A stretch of DNA of 39,744 nucleotides from Octopus bimaculoides (GCF_001194135.2 NC_068982.1:81020798-81060541); one strand, 5' to 3'. Positions 25,348-37,169 are shown, counted from the first letter of the stretch. Numbers and translations: made by a program. The notes: generated by a model not told the origin, from the letters alone.

Positions 25348-25467
25348 ATTTAATAAAAGTTTGATGCAACTTAGAATTTCGTTGGCTCGTCCATCGAGCC
25401 TAATTCTTTGGACGAGGTAGGTTCGATAGACGAGCCTACGAAACTTTCAGTCAAACTATGATTAAAT
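25348..25467. repeat. Hairpin: 26-bp stem (3 mismatches), 15-nt loop, plus outer arms
   Basis: tttcgttggctcgtccatcgagccta (25377-25402) versus taggttcgatagacgagcctacgaaa (25418-25443). Outer arms are atttaataaaagtttga / tcaaactatgattaaat. Confidence 0.9.
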
Positions 25468-25625
25468 TGTATGTATGTATGTATGTATGTATGTATGTAT
25501 GTGGATGTATATGTGCATGTATGTGCGTGTGTGTGTGTATGTATGTGTCTGTGTGCGCGTATCTGCATGTCTAAAAAGTATTATTTCACATTCTCTTGAA
25601 TTTTCAAAATTCTTGCAAGGTATAA

Positions 25626-25990
25626 AAGTCGAGGTCTCTTGTGGTAGAGAAGCTTCGTTTCACTTTGTCCGGCACTGCCATTCTAACCATGACTGAATAA
25701 CTAGTCAAGAGCATGGGGGGAATCTTTTTGACAGCTTCTTGGTGGACACAATTTCCATTTGCAGAACCAGCGAAACCCTTGAAAACTGACTTATTGAGGT
25801 CGACAAACCTGGATTACCAGGTCGCTTCAAAGCTTGAATATACCAGCATACCATACTGCCCATGATTTTGTGGCCTCTGTCAAATGATGTCAGCACGTCA
25901 ACTGTGGAAACTCTGGAGAGGAAAATTAGTAGTTTTTTGAGCAACTGGTTTGGCTTACCAAGGAAGCTAAGAGGTGCAGCTCTGTACGGG
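25626..25990 (+). pseudogene. Decayed Hero-like (RLE-type) non-LTR retrotransposon RT/thumb fragment
   Basis: KSRSLVVEKLRFTLSGTAILTMTE*LVKSMGGI, a frameshift, then FDSFLVDTISICRTSETLEN*LIEVDKPGLPGRFKA*IYQHTILPMILWPLSNDVSTSTVETLERKISSFLSNWFGLPRKLRGAALYG. This matches the recalled Hero-clade motifs GLPGKFKAWIYQH...LWPL...ERKIS...WLGLPR...ALYG. Two stops sit at expected Trp positions. Confidence 0.8.
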
Positions 25991-26116
25991 ATTTCGGAAC
26001 GGGATTTCGAAATACACAGATCTGGGGAGAAAGCTTACAAAAATATCTTGTTGTTGAGTTCACCATAGATTAATTAGTTCCTTTATTATCTTATGTAAGA
26101 ACGCTTGTGCACGCCC

Positions 26117-26164
<48 letters not shown>

Positions 26165-26810
26165 NNNNNNNNNNNNNNNNNNNNNNNNNNNNNNNNNNNN
26201 NNNNNNNNNNNNNNNNNNNNNNNNNNNNNNNNNNNNNNNNNNNNNNNNNNNNNNNNNNNNNNNNNNNNNNNNNNNNNNNNNNNNNNNNNNNNNNNNNNNN
26301 NNNNNNNNNNNNNNNNNNNNNNNNNNNNNNNNNNNNNNNNNNNNNNNNNNNNNNNNNNNNNNNNNNNNNNNNNNNNNNNNNNNNNNNNNNNNNNNNNNNN
26401 NNNNNNNNNNNNNNNNNNNNNNNNNNNNNNNNNNNNNNNNNNNNNNNNNNNNNNNNNNNNNNNNNNNNNNNNNNNNNNNNNNNNNNNNNNNNNNNNNNNN
26501 NNNNNNNNNNNNNNNNNNNNNNNNNNNNNNNNNNNNNNNNNNNNNNNNNNNNNNNNNNNNNNNNNNNNNNNNNNNNNNNNNNNNNNNNNNNNNNNNNNNN
26601 NNNNNNNNNNNNNNNNNNNNNNNNNNNNNNNNNNNNNNNNNNNNNNNNNNNNNNNNNNNNNNNNNNNNNNNNNNNNNNNNNNNNNNNNNNNNNNNNNNNN
26701 NNNNNNNNNNNNNNNNNNNNNNNNNNNNNNNNNNNNNNNNNNNNNNNNNNNNNNNNNNNNNNNNNNNNNNNNNNNNNNNNNNNNNNNNNNNNNNNNNNNN
26801 NNNNCATGTA

Positions 26811-27075
26811 TATTCTTTTATTCTTTTACTTATTTCAGTCATTTGACTGCGGCTATGCTGGAGCACCGCCTTTAATAGAACAAATCGACCCCAGGATTTA
26901 TTCTTTGTAAGCCTACTACTTATTCTATCGTTTTCTTCCGCCGAACCGCTAGATTACGGGGACGTAAACAAACATCGGTTCCGAAGTGATGGTGGTGGGA
27001 GGATAAACACAGACACGCACACACATATACACACATACATACATACATACATACATACAGACAGACATACATATA
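26811..27075 (-). mobile_element. SINE family B, 3' half only
   Basis: Reverse complement of 5300-5520 (gactgcggctatgctggagcacc, aaatcgaccccagg, ttacggggacgtaaac). The head is missing; the R4-like fragment starts where it would be. Confidence 0.88.
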
Positions 27076-27077
27076 TA

Positions 27078-28125
27078 CATGACAGGGTGGGCCTATATGA
27101 GCAGAAGACTATGCATGGATATGTCAGTAGAAAGCTCCGTGATGATAGTAACATCGATCCTCAAAGAAGTTTATCATGGACCAATAGTCGGATTATTACC
27201 TCCCACTTTGAAGGGTATGCGTTTACAATCCAGGAACAAGAAATATCAACCAATTACCTGATGCACAAAAGTGATAGAGATGCAGGAAAAGCCGTAAAAT
27301 GTGACAACCGATGCAGACTTTGTGGAATCAACACCGAAGATATCACACAGATCATCAGCAATGGTCCGAAAATGTCATCACCGTATTATCTACCGATGAG
27401 ATATGATGTTGTACCTAGGACACTCTACAATGAAATCCGCCGGAAGGATGGTACCGAGGACAAAGAAATAAGAACCCACAATATGGTAGAAGCCACTCAT
27501 AATAAAAAGGAGTACTAGTGGAATGTCCCAGTGAAAACCTCAATAAATGTAAGCACAACAAGCCTGATATAATAATATGGGATAGAGAAGAGAAACTGTG
27601 CACAATTGTAGAAATCAGCTGCCCAGCGGATGGTAACATAAAGCTGAAGATCAGTGAAAAAGAGAATACCTACGCTGAACTATTGAGAAATCTGCAGTTA
27701 CTCTATCCAGATTACAAGTTCAGGTTTATACCTGTAATTATTGGGGCACTAGGATATGTAACACACTGCCTAAATAGCAATCTTGAGAAATTAGGCTCTC
27801 AGAACCAGAAAGGAGAAAGCTAATTCGAAGACTACATATCCAATCCATCACTGGAACTGTAAAAATCTAAAACTTTCCAGAAGCTTTTCATTTAAGTATA
27901 TATGAGCATATCTTGATATGCAAGTATATACATGAGAATACATACATAAAACGCACAAATCTGCACATACATACATACATACATACATGCATACATACAT
28001 ACATACATACATACAAACAAAATACCCAGTTGTTGATGTTGAAATTCCAGTGAAGGAGCCTTGGATCAAGGTTAGAAACCGGCTCTTTCTCTATTGGCAA
28101 GAAGTCTTGAAATAAGCTAAATAAT
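27078..28125 (+). pseudogene. 5'-truncated R4/Dong-like non-LTR retrotransposon: CCHC knuckle, restriction-like endonuclease and 3' UTR
   Basis: MHGY...QEQEISTNYL...CRLC...TEDITQIISNG (degenerate CCHC), MRYD (RHD motif), KPDIIIWD...IVEISCP...KISEKENTY (PD-(D/E)xK), FIPVIIGALGYV. Stop at 27516 and frameshifts near 27545 and 27797; the frame ends near 27895. The putative UTR contains (CATA)n and ends in ...gctaaataat. Confidence 0.85.
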
Positions 28126-28562
28126 CGCGCGCACGCGCAATACACATAGAAACACACACACACATATATCCAATTTGAGGGAGTGGAGCGGGTAAACTTC
28201 AGTCTACATGTTTCCTAGCTAGCAGATCCTCTGATGTAATAATTATTCGGCTAGCTACTCATGTGACCGAAGATACCTTGATTATATTACGTCTAGATTG
28301 TCGTTAAGGAATTCCAAGTTAACTTGTCCAAGATATAATTTAAAACGCGTGGCAAAGCCGAAAGACTGGAGTAGAAAAATGAAAATAAAAATAAAAATAA
28401 AAGGTACAAACAACAATAATTCAGGTACAAACAACAATACCCTCCCCGACAATTCCCTAGCCAATCCTACCATATATTCCTACGTGCATACATACCTACG
28501 TAGATACATCCATATACATACATACGCACGAAAGTATATTCGTAGCAATTTTCAAGCATCTA

Positions 28563-28966
28563 AAGGCGGCGAGCTGGCAGAAACGTTAGCACGCCGGGCG
28601 AAATGCTTAGCGGTATTTCGTCTGCCGTTACGTTCTGAGTTGAGTTCAAATTCCGCCGAGGTCGACTTTGCCTTTCATCCTTTCGGCGTCGATAAATTAA
28701 GTACCAGTTACGCAGTGGAGTCGATGTAATCGACTTAATCCCTTTGTCTGTCCTCGTTTGTCCTCTCTATGTTTAGCCCCTTGTGGTCAATAAAGAAATA
28801 AGAAACGTTAGCACGCCGGGCGAAATGGTTAGCAGTATTGCGTCTGTCTTTACGTTCTGAGTTCAAATTCCGCCGAGATAAACTTTGCCTTTCATCCTTT
28901 AGGGGTCAATCTAATCGACTGGCTCCCTCCCCCAAAATTTCGAGCCTTGTGCCTAGAGTAGAAAAG
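28563..28966 (+). mobile_element. Dimeric SINE family A with 16-bp TSD
   Basis: Monomer 1 is 28563-28803; monomer 2 restarts at gaaacgttagcacgccgggcgaaatg (~28803). The perfect 16-mer aattttcaagcatcta lies at 28547-28562 and 28967-28982. Confidence 0.93.
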
Positions 28967-28984
28967 AATTTTCAAGCATCTAGT

Positions 28985-29111
28985 TTCGAGTTTAGTCTCA
29001 GTGCGTTGTTCTACGATAGATCCATTTCGACCAATGCTTTGTGGGAGAATTTGGTAGACGTATATATGTGTATGTGTGTGTGTGTGTGTGCAGGTGCGTG
29101 TGTGTGCGTGC

Positions 29112-29152
<41 letters not shown>

Positions 29153-29371
29153 TATTTGAGCCTGTATTTGTTCCACAGCCACCATCAGCCGACAACCTGT
29201 GTTGGTTCGTTTACGTCCTCATAACTAAGCTGGAACCGATATGATGAATACCAATGAATAGCAAGTTTAAAAAGATAAGTACTGGAATACATTTGTTCGA
29301 CTAAAATCCCTGAAAGCTGTGCTCCAGCTTGACCGCAGTTCAACGACCAAACCAAGTTGAAGGTAAAAGAT
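28985..29371 (+). mobile_element. Diverged SINE family B-like copy
   Basis: tttggtagacg followed by (TG)n, gtttacgtcc.cataact, atttgttcgactaa, gtgctccagc.tgaccgcagt; colinear with 5112-5520. Confidence 0.8.
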
Positions 29372-29379
29372 ATATATGT

Positions 29380-29880
29380 ACATACTTAAGTACATACATA
29401 CATACATACATACATACACACACACATACATACATACATAGAAACATCCATCTATTCATATAGGCGTTCATGCATACACACACACACGTATAATTGTACA
29501 GAAGATGTGTTTCCCTGTGGTGTGTATATTTTTGCGTGCGTGTGTATATGTGAGTATGCATATGTGAGTGTGTGTATGTACGTTTGCATGTGCGTGAGTG
29601 TGCATGTGTGTGCGTGTGCGTGAGTGTGCCTGTGTGAGTGCGTGTGCGTGCGTGCCTGTGTGAGTGCGTGAGTGCAAGCGTGCGAATTTGTATGTGTAAA
29701 TGTTTGTGTGTGCGTGTCTGAAAGTTGATGTGTAGGTGAGTCTTTGACCTTGTCTCTGTGTGAAAGGAATATGAGATAGAGAGTATGTATATGTATGTGT
29801 GAGTGTGTCTATGTTTGTGCGCGTGTGAGTGTTTGTGTGTTAGTTTATCAGTATATGTGTTAATAGATAGGGTGTGAGAC
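29380..29880. repeat. (CATA)n and degenerate (GT)n/(GTGC)n tract
   Basis: Visible repeats. Confidence 0.85.
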
Positions 29881-30287
29881 AAGTTGTGACAGGTCAGTTA
29901 CCACTTCAGTATGCGTGACTTCCAGTCTAATATGGTGGGAGGGAAAGGAGAAGGAGGATGCGGAGTTCGTGACGAAGTAGTGGCAGTGGTGGTGTAGTAG
30001 GAGGAGGGGTTGTTTTCCTTCCTCTGTGAGTGATAGCTTCTACGTTAGCTTGAGAGTGGGTATGATAGATGGCCGGTGTGAATATACGTGAAATGATGAC
30101 GATAGCGATTGACCTTGATGCCGTTGGCGACGAAGTCTACGTGGGAGAGTGATGATGATGATGATTGCGAAAATGATGATGCTGATGTTGATGGTGATGG
30201 GGACGATAATAATGAAGATGATGTTGCTGATGGTGAAAATGATGATGATTGGCGATGTTGATAATCATCATCATTATTTTATCATTT

Positions 30288-30480
30288 AAGGTGGCGTGTG
30301 GGCAGACTCGTTGACATGCTGGACAACAGCATTTCGTCCGTCCTTACGTTCTGAGTTCAAAATCTGCTGAGGTTGGCCCTAGCTTTCATCGTTTCGGGCT
30401 CGATGAAATAAGTACCAGTCGAGTTTGATGAAATCGACTTATCCCCTCCCCGAAAATTGCATCCCTCGTGTCAGAAAGGA
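30288..30480 (+). mobile_element. Diverged SINE family A
   Basis: catttcgtccgtccttacgttctgagttcaaa, ctttcatcgtttcgggctcgatgaaataagtaccag, cccctccccgaaaattgc. Confidence 0.8.
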
Positions 30481-30819
30481 TTAATTGTCATCGTCGTCTT
30501 CGTTGAAAATAAAGCAGTGTACTGATGAAGTTAATAATCCTAAAACTACACACTACAAACGGAAGGACTGCGGAGACATTTCAGTCGAACACAGAATAAT
30601 TATTTGTTTTCTTCCCCAACAACGTACATGGACAGATATTAAAAGAAACCAGGTAGTCAATCGTTCATGGAATAGTCTCATCAATTGTTTCCAACCGCTG
30701 ACGCGCCCCCACCCCCACCCCCATCACTTGCGTAACGCAGTCCAAAGAACATCAAAATAAGCGTTCAATAAACGTATAGTGGTAAGTAAAACCTGAATGA
30801 CAATATTCTGATGTTTGTT

Positions 30820-31356
30820 CGGCGGAATTCTGGTTTAAGCTACCCATATGACTCCTCGTAGCATTTTAATTTTTTTTGAATTTTCCGAAAATTTTTGCAA
30901 GTTTGTGTACTACACACGAGAATTCATACGATTATATAAAAAAAAGATTTTTCTCTGTGTGATTTAAGGGTAATTTAATTGTTATTTTTAGCACAACTTA
31001 CGACTACCTTATACCTTCCTCGTTTCATTATTACTTTGACTTATATTGATGCTTTTCAATTTTTTTTTCTCCTCATCAACACATCTAATAGAATGATGAT
31101 GCACCCAAAAGTCGTCAATTGCTGTGATTTAAGGATTAAAAAAATTGGATTTTCCGTACTTTAATCACTGATTTTTTTTTATTCAAAAAAGAGTGGAACT
31201 TTTAGGATTTATGGGATGGAGGAGTTAAAAAAATTTAATTGTTTTTTTCATAATCGTATGAATTCCAGTATGTACTGTGGAACACTAATTCGCGAAAATT
31301 TTCTGAAAATTCAAAATAATAAATAAATTATGATGGGTTAAACCAGAATTCTGTCG
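30820..31356. mobile_element. MITE/fold-back element with ~115-bp imperfect TIRs
   Basis: cggcggaattctggtttaa / ttaaaccagaattctgtcg; tttttgaattttccgaaaattttt / aaaattttctgaaaattcaaaa; perfect gaattcatacgattat (30920-30935) / ataatcgtatgaattc (31250-31265). Confidence 0.8.
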
Positions 31357-34300
31357 TTTGTCCTTTGATGAGAATAACCTAAGCATTGCCTTGTGGAGGA
31401 CTTTTGGACGGTGTTACAGACATCTTCCAGAAGGTCTTGCAACAGTGTTTCACTTGCACAGGTTTAGTAAGGCAGTCAATCAGCTGCATCCCAGATACTG
31501 TATTCTACGCCCTCGTTTTGTCACCAAACCTTCTTCAGTTGTAAAACCTTTTCTCTCTTTTGTAATGGTCCTCATTCTTTGCTCTTGTCATAATATAAAA
31601 GATATCATTTTCATTATTCAATGTTTGAGAAATACATCAATATTTTCCTTTCTTAAACAAGATTAGGGTCTTCTTGGACAATATAAAGGTTTAAAGTTAA
31701 CAAAGATATTGAAGGTGATGAATAATGTTCAAGATTAATAAAAGCTGTGTGAGAATATCCTAACAATGATTAACAAACCCCAGGATGACTGTTTTCTGGA
31801 ACATGTCTATGTCTATTTTTATTGTTAATTTATCAGTAACTCAACAGAAATGTTTGTGTATCGATTACAAAAGGGCTGATAAACCCATTCTTTATTTAGC
31901 ATAATGGTTTCAGTTTAAATGCTAAGAGATGGCGTAATTCTTTAGCTTTTGAGGTCGCTTTTGAGATTACCACCACCACTACCACCACCTCAGCCAGGTC
32001 TGCAACAAACGCAAAATTCTAGGAAACATACGCACAAAAAAACCAACAAAAACTGCACCAATATCAACAATTTAAGACACGGAATATCAAATTCCATCGA
32101 CTTCACTTGTTGTTATCAGAAACATCACAGAAATTCAGTGTAAGCAAAATGAAAAGAAAACATTAAAACAAAATAACCGTGTATGTATTGCGCTTAACTT
32201 ATATACTCTTTGAGAGGCGTGATGCTGTGGATTGTCGACCGATGTGTTGAGCTAAAAATATATAGGAGCGTGACGAAATACCACCCCGATAATGATTCAA
32301 GAAAACGCAATGTCTATAGAGAGATTTTCTTTCGGACCAAAATTTACAAACCCATGATCTCAATGATCTATGTACTTTAAGTATGATACACAGATGTCTA
32401 TTTTAATTTAGTACCCTTTCAATAGTACACCGAGTTTCATTCAGCTTGGCCGTTATTCGCAATATCATTGAATGTATTATTTATTGCATCCAGTTTATCA
32501 AAGGTGATAGATATCGTCTCCACATGTGGTAAGCGGTTACATGTCATTAACAAGACTCAAGAAGCCCGAAATTCTTTTGGCGTCCTCGTGAATCACTACT
32601 GAAATGATTTTTTTTTTCGTCTCATTCCGATATATTGTGTTTTTAACATAACCAATCTCTAAAGGGATTTTTTCTCGGATGAAGATCCATAGCATCAATT
32701 TTTTTCAGTGGTATAAATAAATAAATACATGCATGCATACAAACATACATATATATNNNNNNNNNNNNNNNNNNNNNNNNNNNNNNNNNNNNNNNNNNNN
32801 NNNNNNNNNNNNNNNNNNNNNNNNNNNNNNNNNNNNNNNNNNNNNNNNNNNNNNNNNNNNNNNNNNNNNNNNNNTTTGTGATGGAATACATCAAGAATAG
32901 AAAGAAAATATTTAGAAACGAAGTAACGATCGAGCAAAATCGATGAAAGAGAGATAGGGAAGCGTGGTGGTGGTGGTGGTGGTGGGGGGAAGAGTTGTTT
33001 TAAGAAATATATCGCAATGGATGAACTAACGGTTAGAACATCCATCAGCTATGTCTTCAATGTGAAACACAAAGGTTGCGTTGGCACAGTTAAGACGCAT
33101 GCGTTACAACACGAAGGAATGAACAGCGTTCGGCGGCCCTGGTGAAAGAGGCGTGACATTGCAATAAACAAATAAATAAATAAATAAATAAAAGGCGCAA
33201 TTCAGTATTTGACGAACATGGACAAATGAATGCTGTTTGATTCCGAGAAAATCTATGCGAATTTACAGCAGCTGATTGATCAACGTTTCGAACGCAGAGC
33301 GTACAGGAGACGCTAATGGAGTTTTTCTGCATCTTTTGCAAACCACATTTCATGCACAGAGTAATAATTATGCAATGGATGATGATACTTCGACAAGCAT
33401 TGAAGCTGTAGCTCTTAAAGAGATTCCTTGACGATGAGCAGATAGGGTTGCCCTTTGACAGCCATATTTCTCTCATGTAGCCACTTCAGTATTCACGTTA
33501 GCATTCTCAAAAGCACTAGCAGTTGGAAAAGCGTCGATATCCTCTGAGTAGTCTCGCCGTCGACAAGAATCAGCCGACTGGCCAGTTCCGGAGACCTTCC
33601 GAGAGACAACCACAGATAACTTCTAGAAATTCTTGACCTGGCAGTACTATGACAAGATGACCGATGGTTCGAAATGAACTCAGCTAGCACACAAGCTTCA
33701 CCAACGGTGTCTGTCCGAGATTCACGCTGAACGATAAAATTATACTTCACGCATTCATACATTGACAAAGCATTGCTGACTTGTGAAGTTATGTCGAACA
33801 ACTATTGTCACGTGCAGAAACAATCAAGACGAATCCATTGTGAATATCGACTTGCCGCCTTCCTTTAAGAAAGCTAAGCAACGTTACTCTGTTTGGTGGC
33901 ATGGCGAAAGTAATTGTGCGTTGGAAAATGCTCTCTCTCCCAGCGACTTCGTGAAAATGTGGATGACTATAGAGAAAATGAACTATAAACATACACATAT
34001 AGATTGAAGAACAACGATCGAGTGAGAGCTCGTGTCTTTGGCAGTCAGAGTATCTGTGAAGTTCCTTGACTGGTCTCAGTTAAAGGTTTTCTTATATAAG
34101 GAGGACTGTTCATGATTAACACATGTTGTCCTCGATGGATAATTTTCTCTAATAATCTTGCGCCTCACCGGCTTTGTGCAAATTCCCACTCAAATTGCAG
34201 CCTGCACTTTTAAAATCCCACCCATCGGACGTCCCTATAGCGAATAAAAGAAATTATTATCATCCTAATTATCATTATTATTATTATGATGATGATTATG

Positions 34301-34660
34301 TCACTGTACTGTTCATCAGATTATTGCTACTATTGCTTTCAGGCTGATTTTAAACATCATGCATTGTTGATCATTTTGTCGTGAAACTAACCAGGAGCTG
34401 ACAGAAGGGGTCTTCCCCTTTTATGTTCCCCTGTTTTAAGGGGCCAATTTCTGTTGAATTATTTTGTCGTGGAAAAATTGTTATATTTATTTAAGCAAAT
34501 ATGAATTTCACTAAGATCATAATAATAATTTTACCTGACAGGGAAATGGGTAGATTGAGAGGTTAGAGAAAGAGCGAGAGAGAGAGAAAAAGAGTAACGC
34601 CCCCCTCCCACCAATTATGGCTATGTTGATTATGGCGTCTCTTTTACAACAACTGCATAG

Positions 34661-34912
34661 GTTGTCATAGCAACCAAGGGCATTGACGTTAATCTATTGG
34701 CTGATACGTCACGACACAACCAAGGATCTGCTGTTAAAACCCTATTCAACAAAATCAACACCACCGCCAACAACAACAATAACAACAATAACAACAACAA
34801 CAACAACGTCATTAACCGTAGCAACGATGCTTCTGCTGGATTGAATGTTTCTTCTGCTACTGCTGGCAACCAATTGAGGGCCGTCGTTGAATACAATGGC
34901 AATATTATATGA
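34661..34912 (+). other. Candidate terminal coding exon (unidentified) overlapping promoter-like motifs
   Basis: tag|G acceptor after a moderately pyrimidine-rich tract. Open frame VVIATKGIDVNLLADTSRHNQGSAVKTLFNKINTTA(N)12VINRS...GNII*. AATAAA at 35064. No homology recognised. Confidence 0.25.
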
Positions 34913-35140
34913 CCTGGCGTCATGACCCGCTCAGCAAAGAAAATGATCGACATATAAGGAAAATCTCTGCTGTACAAATATATTGACCACAGCAAGAGGG
35001 AACTTCAATGCCATACACATGTGCAGCCCCATATCTCGAGTACACGCAATTGTTAGGGTAGGAAATAAAAAAAGAATGTCAGACCAAAGATCTTATTTTT
35101 TAGTTTCGTATCTTTGCGTTCTCAGTTGTAACTGAGCCGT

Positions 35141-35370
35141 AAAATGGCCGAGTGGGACAAAAAGAGTAGGACAAAACACCTTACGGCATTTTTCCAGCTC
35201 CCGGCGCTCAGAGTTCAAATTTCATCGAAATTAACTTTGCCTTTCATCCTCTCGGGGTCATAAAAAGAAAATACCTACCAGTTCAGCGTGGAATGGCTTA
35301 TCGGAATCGGTAGAACGTCGGAGCAAGATATCTTGTACCATTTTTTCTGGCTATTTACGTTCTGAATGCT
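35141..35370 (+). mobile_element. Two degenerate SINE family A-like copies in tandem (35141-35281, 35290-35370)
   Basis: cagagttcaaattt...ctttgcctttcatcctctcggggtcataaaa in the first copy; ggaatcggtagaacgtcgg...tttacgttctga in the second. Confidence 0.6.
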
Positions 35371-37108
35371 TGGGTAGCAGACTTTATCTGTCTCCCAATT
35401 AACCAAGGCAGCGAGAGTTAAATATGCATAGATATAAGGATAATATATATATATATATACATNNNNNNNNNNNNNNNNNNNNNNNNNNNNNNNNNNNNNN
35501 NNNNNNNNNNNNNNNNNNNNNNNNNNNNNNNNNNNNNNNNNNNNNNNNNNNNNNNNNNNNNNNNNNNNNNNNNNNNNNNNNNNNNNNNNNNTATATATAT
35601 ATGTCTGTGTTTGCATGTGTGTGTGTGTGTGTATCAATTGCTAAGCTTTCAGGTTAGTGACCCAATACATATTAACTAGAATAAATCTGAAACCTGCCAA
35701 AAGAGAAATACCAGTAATATATTGATATACACTTCCTCTAATTAGAAAAGTCTTTGTGTTTAGACACAATAAATAGTCTATTTATTTATTTGTTTTTACA
35801 TTATAAAAATTTGATAAATGTTGCCAGACACACACAGAATGGATCAATGATAGCGAATGTAAACTCTGTGCGTGAATGATTGGTGGTAAATAGATATGTG
35901 GATTAGTGGTTCTGGGTGGAAACTATAGGTGTCAGTGGGGGTGAGTTGAAATGCTGCAAGGGTCTGGAGTACTAAAGGGAAATTGTGTAGATTGAAAGTG
36001 GTTAGGAGAAACAGTGTGTACATGAAGTTGGTACGTGGAAACATTGCATTGGTCACAGATGGTAAGTGGAAACTACATGAAGCAGTGATGACAGGTGTAA
36101 ACAGTGTGTAGATATAGATGGTGTGTGGAAACTGCGTGGATTAGCGATGGAATAAGGCAAAAGTATTTGACTATGAGTAGAGGTGTAAAGAATCAATAAA
36201 TAAAGCAGGGAGTGGTAAAACTGCGTGGTTCAGCATCGGAAAAGCTTCCGACGAATGAATTTGCAATAGAGGTTTTATTCCACCTTGAAAGTATTTCATT
36301 TCATCCATTTCTCGTACATTCAAGTTTGAATTATATAATCCATGTATTTTTGACAACATGAATACAGAATACAAACAAGAATGCAGGTCGGTGCTTAAAG
36401 TTTTACACATAAAAAAAGGAGTTAGGCATATTTTGGTGAATTTTGCAGAATTAAAAGAAGGTAATAACATGAATTTGGTTAATTACGTTAACAGGCGATT
36501 GTATTCAGTGTCGGTTAAGGAGATTGCATTGAAGCTGGAGAAAAAAAATAGACAGATATATATGTTCATGATGTTCTTTGAAGTTATCTCCCCCTCTTTT
36601 TAAAAAGTTATTGACAATTGCCGTTAGGTTTATGTTTTCTTACAGGGAAATTTCAAACTTACAAGGAAATTTCAGTAAATTAAAATTTACTGTTCATAGC
36701 ATTCAGTACATTCTTAAATTAATGTAGATATTTATATATGCCACTGGCCCATGTCAGCTACTTTCCTTATTTTTTCTACACACAAATGTATGTATACATA
36801 CATCTGTGTGTGTGTATATATTTATTCTTTGACTTCTATTCATATATATCTTATAAAACATACATACATGCATATATAAGCACGCAAACATTCACATGCC
36901 CGCGTATTTCCATTTTAGAGTTTAAACAAATAAATCTAATACGACTAGGGCATAGAATCTATGGCTGAAAAACTAATCCGGATAAGGCCCAAAATAACAA
37001 CAAAGTATGACATCAAAGCTTGAAAAAATTATTTCAAATCTGCACTTAGTAAATAAAGTTTTATATCAAACTACACATCACCCCTCTTACACACACACAT
37101 ACACATAC

Positions 37109-37169
<61 letters not shown>

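Noticed and set aside
25626-27895. Idea that the Hero-like RT fragment and the downstream CCHC/RLE fragment are one element
   Set aside because: Order and strand fit, but the downstream motifs (MHG, QEQEI, IPVIIGALG) are R4/Dong-type, not the Hero-type ones I recall. A SINE and a gap also intervene. A phylogeny of each piece would settle it.
28050-28082. Similarity of the R4 3' UTR (ccttggatcaaggttagaaacc) to a SINE A tail (ccttgtgccaaaatttgaaacc)
   Set aside because: Only about 16/22 identity and not at the LINE's terminus. Too weak to claim a SINE-LINE partnership without consensus alignments.
36639-36674. Tandem cttaca(g/a)ggaaatttca with NF-kB-like GGGAAATTTC
   Set aside because: An imperfect kB match in a simple 19-bp duplication; expected by chance in AT-rich DNA.
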